From NCBI GenBank assembly GCA_035285125.1, contig JAYKHR010000020.1, forward strand, positions 1-13,286: 13,286 nt of DNA, read 5' to 3'. Positions within the stretch are counted from its first letter, which is position 1, and each line of letters begins with the position of its first letter. The position numbers and the translations under genes were made by a program. The notes under the pieces are model-generated. The model did no database searches and was not told the origin of the DNA. It was given only the letters and a program-made list of their open reading frames with translations. Source of the stretch: Candidatus Sericytochromatia bacterium. Its GTDB lineage: Bacteria; Cyanobacteriota; Sericytochromatia; S15B-MN24; JAQBPE01. This document shows, piece by piece, positions 1 through 7,700 of this stretch.

Positions 1-310
1 GCGGCTCTTCCATCGCGGGGTCCTCCTTCCGGATCAGGGCCTTGAACTCGGCCCGCTGCGCCTCATCCAGCGGAACATAGGCGTCCAGATAGTCCATCAG
101 CGTGCGCAGCTCCGGCTCGGAAAGCCCGAGCGCGAGCCCCTGGCGCAGGCCCTCCCATTGTACCCGCGCCCGGTCCGCCGGGGCCACGTTCATCCGCGCC
201 ATCAGCGCCGCCGTGGCCGGGTTACCCAGCCCGCAGTGGTCCTGCCAACGCAGCCGGGAGAGCTGCACCACGTGGTAGCGAAAGCGCACAACCTCCCGCC
301 CCGCGAGCAC
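1..310 (-). CDS. Rpn-family recombination-promoting nuclease/putative transposase, C-terminal portion only (runs off left edge; N-terminal nuclease half absent)
   Basis: Not in the ORF track. Manual translation from GTG at 310: VLAGREVVRFRYHVVQLSRLRWQDHCGLGNPATAALMARMNVAPADRARVQWEGLRQGLALGLSEPELRTLMDYLDAYVPLDEAQRAEF... This matches the Rpn/DUF4351-type pattern F.Y.V.QL..L.W......NP...ALMA.M...P..R..V....L...D.Y..L. It starts 6 nt after the AlkB stop. Confidence 0.7.
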   Translation of the reverse strand, partial: MLAGREVVRFRYHVVQLSRLRWQDHCGLGNPATAALMARMNVAPADRARVQWEGLRQGLALGLSEPELRTLMDYLDAYVPLDEAQRAEFKALIRKEDPAMEEP

Positions 311-315
311 GCTTT

Positions 316-954
316 TCAGCGGTGCGGGTTGCTCACCACCGCTGGTTTGACAAGCCTGAACGTCAGGTTGATTCGGGCGCCCCTGACAGCCTTGGACTTC
401 CTGATTTCGTGCTCCCAAAAGCGCTGAGTGTCGCCCTGCATCACGAGTAAGCTACCATCCTCCAGCTCCTGGCTGACCTTAGGCACCTCCTTGTCGTGCT
501 TGTGGCGCATCCAGAACACCCGGTGTGCGCCGAGGCTTAGCGAGGCAATTGTCGGGCGCTCGCCGAACTCCCGCTCGTCATCGCTGTGCCAGGCAATGCT
601 GTCCTCTCCGTCCCGGTAGAGGTTGAGCAAGACGCCGTTGAAGGTCGCCCCCGTTCTGGCCTCGACACGTTGCTTGATCGCCAGCAACGGTGACGTCCAT
701 GGACAAGGTTTGTTTTGAATTCGGGAGTAGGTGTAGGACGCCTCGGGGTCACCGTGCCACGCCGTAAGCCTGGGCAGTGGGATGCGTCGCCCGTACAGAG
801 AGACCTCCTCGTGCCGCCAGGCGATGGCCCCCTGGAGTTGCTCGAAGTACACACGACACTCTGCGGGCTCCATAAACCCGGAGATATAGGTAACGTCACC
901 ATCCGGAAGTTCGATTCGCCGTGGGGCAGGAGGGCCGAACAGGGGCAAGGTCAT
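316..954 (-). CDS. alkB: AlkB-family 2OG-Fe(II) dioxygenase (ALKBH2/3-like), 212 aa
   Basis: Motifs PRLTAWHGD, YTYS, FNGVLLNLYRDGEDSIAWHSDDE (HxD), distal His in WEHEI, and RINLTFR. Start reassigned to ATG at 954 (MTLPLF), preceded by an AAGGAG RBS. Confidence 0.93.
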   Translation of the reverse strand: MTLPLFGPPAPRRIELPDGDVTYISGFMEPAECRVYFEQLQGAIAWRHEEVSLYGRRIPLPRLTAWHGDPEASYTYSRIQNKPCPWTSPLLAIKQRVEARTGATFNGVLLNLYRDGEDSIAWHSDDEREFGERPTIASLSLGAHRVFWMRHKHDKEVPKVSQELEDGSLLVMQGDTQRFWEHEIRKSKAVRGARINLTFRLVKPAVVSNPHR

Positions 955-1019
955 GACAGTGCTCCTTATAACAGACTTGTGAAGGGCAAGCGGGACGTTG
1001 AGGGGCCTGTCGTCTCTGC

Positions 1020-1877
1020 TCAGGCCTTGATATAAACGTGGCTGAAGTTCTTGCCTGTAAGCTTGGGCATCGTGCCCCACCTTTCGTTGTAACGCCAGAG
1101 GGCATCATGGGCCTCCTTCGGGTCGAGGGCGCTCGTGCGCCCTTCCTTGCTCCAGGCCCTCTCCAGGCCCGCTGCGGCAGCGGCCCTCGAGACGGCTTCG
1201 CGATACACGGGATGGTTGGCATCGTTCACAACGACTAGCGTGCCTGGGCGCGTCTTGCCAAAGGCTCGCCTCAGGTATTCCGACGGGCCAGGCCCCTGGT
1301 GCATGAGCTCGGAGACCAGGAAGCTCACGGTCACCACGTCGGAGGCCGCGAACCGCTCAAAATCGTCCCAGTCCGCGGGCGAGCCCAAATCCTGTCGCAC
1401 GTAGTCAACCCTGAGGGCCTCACGGCTCACGCCCCCCTGGGCAATGACGCTGCGCTCAAAGCTACGCCAGTTTCTAGCCCAGGCGTCGCAACGGTCGACC
1501 ACCTCGCACGCGAGTCGTGCACGGGACCCGGTGACATGCCTGTACTGCAGAACCCCCAGCAAATCGGAGCCTGGCCCACCCCCGAGCGCCGTCACCCGCA
1601 CGCGAGGCTTCTCGAAGATGCTCTGGGCGGCCCCGCTCTGATGCAAGGCGGCGAACACCCACACGGCGTGGGAGAGCACGTACTGATAGCAGTACACAAA
1701 GCGGTCCTCGGGCTCGACGAAGGGAGCGCCTCCATACGTCATCACGCTTTTGTAGGTGGCTCTGAGGGCTTCGAGCCTTGCCACCACGGCACGATCCGAG
1801 CCCTCAAAACTCGACCAGAACCTCTGGTAGTCGGCGTGAAGGGCATCGGCCACCACGTGGGGCAAGGGGAAATGCAT
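1020..1877 (-). CDS. Class I SAM-dependent methyltransferase-like protein, 285 aa, substrate unknown
   Basis: Gly-rich motif I VTALGGGPGSDLLG, acidic residue after the next strand (EVVDR), QDL, DVVTVSFLVSE, PGTLVVVND. GGAG RBS upstream of ATG 1877. Confidence 0.75.
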   Translation of the reverse strand: MHFPLPHVVADALHADYQRFWSSFEGSDRAVVARLEALRATYKSVMTYGGAPFVEPEDRFVYCYQYVLSHAVWVFAALHQSGAAQSIFEKPRVRVTALGGGPGSDLLGVLQYRHVTGSRARLACEVVDRCDAWARNWRSFERSVIAQGGVSREALRVDYVRQDLGSPADWDDFERFAASDVVTVSFLVSELMHQGPGPSEYLRRAFGKTRPGTLVVVNDANHPVYREAVSRAAAAAGLERAWSKEGRTSALDPKEAHDALWRYNERWGTMPKLTGKNFSHVYIKA

Positions 1878-2363
1878 AGGGATAAACTCCTCGTTCGGGC
1901 CGGCGACGCTCGGCCGGGGGGCGGCAGTTGTTGTTCACGCCCGGGCCGTTCTGGCCCGCCAAAAGCAGGGGAATAGAACGTTGCTCTTCGGTGCACGATG
2001 CAGTTGCTGGCGCAGCGGCCCGGAGGGCTCACGGAGCACAGGGCGGGTTGAGGGACCCGACCAGGCTCGCAAACTTAAGCGGGAAGTTGTTTTTCAGAAT
2101 ACGGATCATTGATGTCACTTTTTGACGCTATTTAGCCAAGCCTCCACGAAGATTTAGCCCGGCGGTCACCGGGGTCAACGAAAGCGATGAAGAAAATCCA
2201 TCCGGCAGCGCGGTTTGGTGGAGCCGTCAGGTGAGGCGTCCCGCCACTTGGGCATCTCAAGCCGCCTCGCCTCAGTGGAAGCCACCCGCCATATCTCAGA
2301 TCTCCAACTTGATCCGGGGGTGACCCGCGCGGCCAGACCGCCCCGCCGTTAGGATGCCCCCCC

Positions 2364-2392
2364 TTGCCCGCCCCCACCCCTGCGTGGAAAAT
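2364..2392 (+). promoter_or_regulatory. Putative sigma70-type promoter for the DRT2 ncRNA/RT
   Basis: -35 TTGCCC (2364-2369), 17-nt spacer, -10 GAAAAT (2387-2392). Predicted start ~2399-2400 coincides with the first hairpin of the ncRNA. Confidence 0.55.
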
Positions 2393-2399
2393 GGCCCTC

Positions 2400-2540
2400 G
2401 CCCACGGAGCCGTCCGTGGGGTTGCCCAACGCGCGGAAACGACCCATGGCGGGCGGCCAGCAGGCCGGAGAACCACGCGACAGCGTGCGCCGGGGGAGCA
2501 GCATGGATGCCGCCGATCCAGCTCCCCCGGCTTTGCCCTC
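2400..2540 (+). ncRNA. DRT2-associated structured ncRNA, compact form
   Basis: Hairpin CCCACGGA-GCCG-TCCGTGGG (2401-2420). Stem GTTGCCC/GGGCGGC (2421-2427/2451-2457) closing a 23-nt loop. Purine-rich linker AGGCCGGAGAA. Hairpin CACGC-GACA-GCGTG (2474-2487). Hairpin GCCGGGGGAGC/GCTCCCCCGGC (2489-2499/2521-2531) with inner TGGAT/ATCCA, then TTTGC (2532-2536). Lies directly upstream of a DRT2-type RT, where such ncRNAs are known to sit. Confidence 0.75.
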
Positions 2541-2567
2541 GTTGCCACGCTCGCGGAGGACCCGACC

Positions 2568-3812
2568 ATCGAGGCAGCTCCGATAAGCCCCGCCTGGTTC
2601 AAGGCGAGGCGCTACCGCCACTTCGACGTCCCCGTGCGGGCGGACCACGCCGTGCCCCTCGTGACGGATCCCGAATGGGTCGCACGCCACGGCTTCTACC
2701 CGCTGATCACCTTCACGCGGCTCACGCGCCGCTATGACCGCGAGGCCCGCAAGGTGGTGGCCCGGCCGCGCACGCTGGCCTTCGCGGCCCACCTGGACGC
2801 CCACGTCTTCGCCTGGTACGCACACCAGCTTTCGGCGCGCTACGAGGCCGCCATCGCGGGGACGCCCGTGGCAGAGGCCGCGATCGCCTACCGCGGGCGC
2901 GGCTGGTCCCACCTGCGCTCCGCGCGCGAGGCCTTCGCCCACATCCGGGGGCGCGACGCCTGCGTGGCGCTGGCCTTCGACGTCGAGGCCTTCTTCGACA
3001 CGCTGGACCACGCACTCGTGAAGCAGGCCTGGGCCGAGGCCCTCGGCGTCTCGCGCCTGCCGGCCGACCACCACCGGGTCTACCGGGCCGTCACGCACCA
3101 CGCCGGGGTGACGCGCCAGGACCTCGCAGCCGCGCTCGCGCCCCTCGGCGGCCCGGGCGCGCGGCGCTGGTGCGGGCCCGAGGCCTTCCGGCGCATCGTC
3201 CGCGGCGGGGGCCTGGTGCGCGTCAACGCCCTGCCCCACGGGCTGCCGCAGGGCGTGAGCCTCTCCACCGTGCTCTCGAACCTCGTGATGCGCCCCTTCG
3301 ACGAGGCCGTCGCGGCCTTCGCGGCCGGGTGTGGCGGGTGGTACCGCCGCTACGCCGACGACGTGCTGCTCGTCGTGCCGCCAGCCCAGGCCGACGCGGC
3401 CGCCGCCTGCGTCCGGGCGGCCCTGGCCGGGCGGCGCCTGCAGGAGGCCACGGCGAAGTTCGACCGCGTGACCTTCTCGCGGGGCCCGGACGGCACCCTG
3501 CGCGCCTCCCGCCCCCTGCAGTACCTGGGCTTCCTGTTCGACGGCCGCCGGGTGCTCGTGCGCCCCCAGTCCCTCGCGCGGTACCAGCGTCGCCTCAAGC
3601 GGGGCATCCGGGGCGCCCTCCAGGCAGCCCGGCGCCACGAGGCCCGCGTCGTGTTCAAGCGCCAGCTGCTCGCGCGGCACAGCCACCTGGGTCGCCGCAC
3701 CTTCGTGCGCTACGTCCTCGGGGCAGCGCGGCTGTTCGACGAGCCGGCCATGCGCCGGCAGGTGCGCCGCCACATGGCCCGGCTGCGGGACGTGGGGCTG
3801 CCGCCGCCCTGA
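2568..3812 (+). CDS. drt2: Antiviral reverse transcriptase, DRT type 2 (UG2) family, ~414 aa
   Basis: DRT2-type motifs: WF..R.Y.HFD.PV, HGFYPLITF, R.LAFAAHLDAHVFAWYA, AIAYR, AFDVEAFFDTLDH, LPADH, GLPQG.SLS..LSN..M, YRRYADD (YADD at 3351-3362), PLQYLGFLFDG, SLARY, HSHLGRRTF..Y. The ORF-track start 2364 runs through the promoter/ncRNA; GGAGG (2555-2559) sits 8 nt before an in-frame ATC at 2568. Confidence 0.92.
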   Translation: MEAAPISPAWFKARRYRHFDVPVRADHAVPLVTDPEWVARHGFYPLITFTRLTRRYDREARKVVARPRTLAFAAHLDAHVFAWYAHQLSARYEAAIAGTPVAEAAIAYRGRGWSHLRSAREAFAHIRGRDACVALAFDVEAFFDTLDHALVKQAWAEALGVSRLPADHHRVYRAVTHHAGVTRQDLAAALAPLGGPGARRWCGPEAFRRIVRGGGLVRVNALPHGLPQGVSLSTVLSNLVMRPFDEAVAAFAAGCGGWYRRYADDVLLVVPPAQADAAAACVRAALAGRRLQEATAKFDRVTFSRGPDGTLRASRPLQYLGFLFDGRRVLVRPQSLARYQRRLKRGIRGALQAARRHEARVVFKRQLLARHSHLGRRTFVRYVLGAARLFDEPAMRRQVRRHMARLRDVGLPPP

Positions 3813-3943
3813 GCCAGGCGGTCGCGCCGGCCCTCAGCGGCGTGCGGCGGCAGGGTTCACCCGAGGCCTGAGGACCAGCGCGCGCCGATCGTCTCGCCCC
3901 GAAGCGATGAGTCAGAGGCGAGGTGGCAGGGTAATGATCCGGT

Positions 3944-4795
3944 GTGCAAGTTCCGGCGGGACAGCCCCTGACCGCGCCAAGAGGACCCATCCCCGTGACG
4001 ACGCCCATCGAGGGTCCGGCTCCCGTGAACCCGCCCCGCGTGGGCGCTGCGACGCCCGCCCCGCCGCCGCTCGCCGGCGCCGCCGCGGCCTCCGCCGGTC
4101 CTGCGCAGGGCCAGGATGTCCACGCCCCCTCCCCCACGGCGCGCGATCGCCTGACGCTCGCCCTCGCCCAGGCGAGCCCCACCCAGCCCTGCTACGACGT
4201 GCAGGACCGCCGCATCTCGAACGTGCTGGTGGTGGACATGCCGGACGTCCCCCCGGAGGCCGTGGTCGCCCGGCTGAAGCAGGGCAACTGGGGTGCGTTC
4301 TGGCCGGGCGCCGCCATGAGCGCGCTGCGCGTCGAGCGCGCGGAGCCCTGGGCCGCCACGTTCGACTTCCAGCCGAACCACCACGACGCGAACGGCAACA
4401 AGACCGAAAAGCCCTTCACGATCCACGAGCGCATCGCCGAGGGCCAAACCACCGTCGGCCCCGACGGCCTCACCACCCAGCGGCTCGACATCACCATGTC
4501 GGGGGCCTTCGAGGGGAAGGGCCACTACCTCTTCACGCGGCTCCCCGAGGGCGGCACGCGCGTCACGGCCGTCTGGGAGGGGGTCAAGGCACCGCCCGAG
4601 CTGTCGGATGAAACCCTGCAAGGCCCCTTCGAGGGCTACCACCTCCAGCCGTTCAAGGACGCGTTCACGGCCCTCAACGGGCAGCTGCGCGAGGCCCCGC
4701 GCCCCGACGCGCAGGCCCTCGCGGCGCGCGCTGACAGGGGCTTCGCCGCCCTCGAGCAGCTGCTGCCGACCCGCTCCGACGCGCCGACGCCGTGA
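3944..4795 (+). CDS. Hypothetical protein: Pro/Ala-rich N-terminus plus SRPBCC/START (polyketide cyclase-like) domain
   Basis: 283-aa ORF with GC-rich third positions. PPEAVVARL...W..FWPG and ITMSGAFEGKGHYLFTRLPEGGTRVTAVW resemble the helix-grip SRPBCC pattern. Stop overlaps the next start (GTGA, 4792-4795). Confidence 0.6.
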   Translation: MQVPAGQPLTAPRGPIPVTTPIEGPAPVNPPRVGAATPAPPPLAGAAAASAGPAQGQDVHAPSPTARDRLTLALAQASPTQPCYDVQDRRISNVLVVDMPDVPPEAVVARLKQGNWGAFWPGAAMSALRVERAEPWAATFDFQPNHHDANGNKTEKPFTIHERIAEGQTTVGPDGLTTQRLDITMSGAFEGKGHYLFTRLPEGGTRVTAVWEGVKAPPELSDETLQGPFEGYHLQPFKDAFTALNGQLREAPRPDAQALAARADRGFAALEQLLPTRSDAPTP

Positions 4796-7700
4796 CCGCC
4801 GGGCTCCTGGCAGGACGCTACCGGCCCGTGGCGCTGCTCGGCAAGGGCAGCATGGGCGAGGTCTGGCACGTCGTCGACGAGGCGGCCGGCCGGACGCTCG
4901 CGCTCAAGCTCGTCGCGGCGGAGACGGCCGAGCGCAAGCTCGCCCTGCGCCAGGAGTTCCGGGTGCTGGCGCGCCTGCGCCACCCCAACCTCGTCGCGGT
5001 GGAGGGCTACGGCGAGCTGGCAGACGGCACGCCCTACCTGGCCATGCAGCTGGTGCCCGGCGAGGACGTCGACGCGCGGCTGACGCGGGGGCGGCTCCCC
5101 TGGGACCTCGTGCTCGCCATTTTGCTCGGGGCCACGCAGGCGCTGGCCTTCATCCACGACCGCGGGCTGCTCCACCGGGACCTCAAGCCCGCCAACTTGC
5201 GCCTCCAGCCGGATGGCACCCCCACGCTGATGGACTTCGGGCTCGCGGGCCCCATCGGGCTGGTGCCGCGCGGCATCACGGGGACGCCCGGCTACATGGC
5301 CCCGGAGGCGATCCGCGGCGAGCCGCTCGGGCCCGCCAGCGACATGTACGCGCTCGGCTGCCTGGCCTACGAGCTCGTGGCCGGGGTGCCGCCGTTCGAG
5401 GGCGAGCCGCGCGAGGTGCTGGCCGCGCACCTGCGCCGCGCCCCGCTGCCCCTGACGGCCTTCCGCCCGGACGTGCCGCCCCCCTTGCAGGCCCTCACCG
5501 ACGCCCTGATGGCCAAGGAGGCCGCGCAGCGCCCGGCCGGCGCCGACGAGGTGCTGCGGGCCCTGGCCGAGCTCGCCGGCGTGGCCGCCACCCAGGCCAC
5601 GGCCTCCCAGCGCCAGAGCTACCTCGCCTCGGCGCCGCTCACCGGACGCGACGCCGAGCTGGCGCAGCTGAACGCGGCCTGGGCGCGCGCACGCGCGGGT
5701 GAGGGCCAGGCCGTGGTGGTGGCCGCGGCCGGCGGGGTGGGCAAGACCCGGCTGGTCGACGCGCAGCTGGTAGACTGCACGCTGGATCACGGGGCCGTCG
5801 TGCGGGTGGCCTGCCCGGAGGCGGACCTGAGCCCCTACGCGGCCCTGGCCGTGGCCGTGCAGGGGCTGGCCGCCAGCCTGGGCCCCCCGCCCCCGGCGCT
5901 GGCCGGGCTTGCCGAGGGCGGCCCGGACGGGCCCAGGGCGGGGGCCGGCGGGGCCCCAGGGGGCGCCCCGCCACCGGAGGCCACCGAGGTGGGCCGCGCG
6001 CTCGCCGCCTGGCTCTCGGGGGCTGGCCCCGTGGCCCTGGTGCTGGAGGACCTGCACCAGGCCGATCCAGGCACCGTGGCGGCGTTCTGCGCGTGCGCCC
6101 GGACCCTGGCGGCGGCGCCCTGCCTGCTCATCGGCACGGTGCGGCCCGAGGAGCTGCCCGCAGGCCACCAAGTGTGGGCCCTGGCGACGGACGGCACCGT
6201 GACATGGCTGGCCCTGCAGCCCTTCGACCCGACCGCCTTCCAGGCCCTGCTGGCCGCCACGCTGGGGCAGACGGCGCTGCCCGAGAGGCTGGTGGCGGCG
6301 CTGTTCGAGGCCACGGGAGGGGTCCCTTGCTCGCTGGCGACCCTGCTCCGCGAGATGGTCGCCCAGGAGTTGCTGGTCCGCCACCTGGGCACGTGGCTCC
6401 TCCCCCCGGCGGACACGCTCGCGGTGCCGGCCAGCGCGACGGAGGCCTTCCTGAGCCGGCTCGAGCGGTTGCCCGAGCCGGCCCGGCGGCTGGCGGGCCT
6501 GGCCGCGGTCCTGGGGGCCGCCCCCACCCGGGCCAGCCTGCTGGCGCTGGGGGGGCTGCCCGAAGCGGCCTGCTTCGACGCGCTGGACGCGCTGGCGCAG
6601 GCAGGCCTGCTGATCGGCGGGCGCGACGCCCTGCGCTTCGTGCCCGAGCGCGCCCGGGAGGCCCTGTACGACATGCTGCCGGAGGCCGATCGCCGGGCCT
6701 GGCACCGGGCCTGCGCGGCCCACCTCGCGACCACCGGCGCCGGCCCCGCCGTGCTGGCCCGGCACCACGAAGCCGCCGGCGGGCTCGCGCTGGCCGGGCC
6801 CTGCTACCTCCGGGCAGCCGACGAGGCGCAGGCCGCCAACCTGCCCCTGGCCGCCTTCAGCTACCGGGTGAGCGCGGAGCGCTGCCTGATGGCCGCCGAC
6901 ACGGCCGACGCGCCCACCCTGGCTCGGCTCCGGTGGCAGGCCGGGCTGGGAGGCTTCTCCGCCCGGCCGCGCGAGGCAATGGCCCTGCTGGAACGCCTGG
7001 CGGAGCAGCTCGAGGGCGAATCTGCAGACCTGGGTCCCGAACTGCCGACCCGCCTGGAGGCCCTGATGATTCTCACGGCCGCCTGCGGGCTCGCGGGCAG
7101 CCCTGACCGTGCCCGGACCGTGGCCGCCGAGGCCCAGGCGCTGCTGACCGGCCCCGACGACCCGCTGTGGGCCGTGTGGTACACCGTCGGGTGCGCCGGG
7201 TTGCTGGCCGCCGGACACATCGACGCGCTGCGCCGGGCGACGGACCAGGGGCGAGCGGTGGTGCGAGGGCTGCCCACGGGCCCTCACCACCCGCTCATCC
7301 ACCGGGCGCAGGTGGGGCTGTGCGGCTACCAGAATGCCCGGGCGTACCTGGGGCACCCGCCCGACCCGGCCATCGAGGCCGAGGCGATGGCCCTGACCGA
7401 GGCGCTGGGGGCGCCGGCGACGGGCGGCGTGATCCGCCACTACCGGGGCATCTGGCTGGCCTGGTCGGGGCGCGTCGTCGAGCTGGAGGCCTTCGTGGCC
7501 CGGGAGGAGGAGCTGGCCCGGGCCCTGGGAGGCGCGCCCCACGCGGTGGTGCCCTACGTCCGTGCCTGCGCGGCCTGGCTGCGCGGGGAGCCGCGTGCCG
7601 CGCTGGCGCTGGTCGGCCGGGCGCGGCAGCTGGGCGCCACCGTCGAGCCCCTGGATGGCTACATGGCAGCCCTCGAGGCGCGCCTGCTGGCGGCGGTGGG

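Noticed and set aside
955..1080. Longer AlkB N-terminus from the ORF track
   Set aside because: Overlaps the methyltransferase 3' end; ATG 954 has a clear AAGGAG RBS.
2272..2305. Antisense GGAG + ATG as a neo start
   Set aside because: The frame stops after six codons (MAGGFH*) and contains further TGA stops.
2350..2445. Sense-strand promoter (TTGCCC-18-TAGGAT) that would form if 2350-2445 were concatenated
   Set aside because: Opposite polarity to the neo promoter as I recall it, and it requires copying through the predicted promoter and first hairpin; likely coincidence.
2364..2567. 68-aa N-terminal extension of the RT in the ORF track
   Set aside because: Overlaps the predicted promoter and ncRNA hairpins; DRT2-like sequence starts only at ~2595, and a strong RBS lies at 2555-2559.
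2349..3773. 474-aa minus-strand ORF opposite the RT
   Set aside because: Antisense shadow of the RT with no recognisable motifs.
2400..3812. Retron, group II intron or DGR interpretation of the RT
   Set aside because: No retron VTG motif or a1/a2 inverted repeats, no maturase/endonuclease domain or intron ends, no TR/VR repeat pair; the motifs are DRT2-type.
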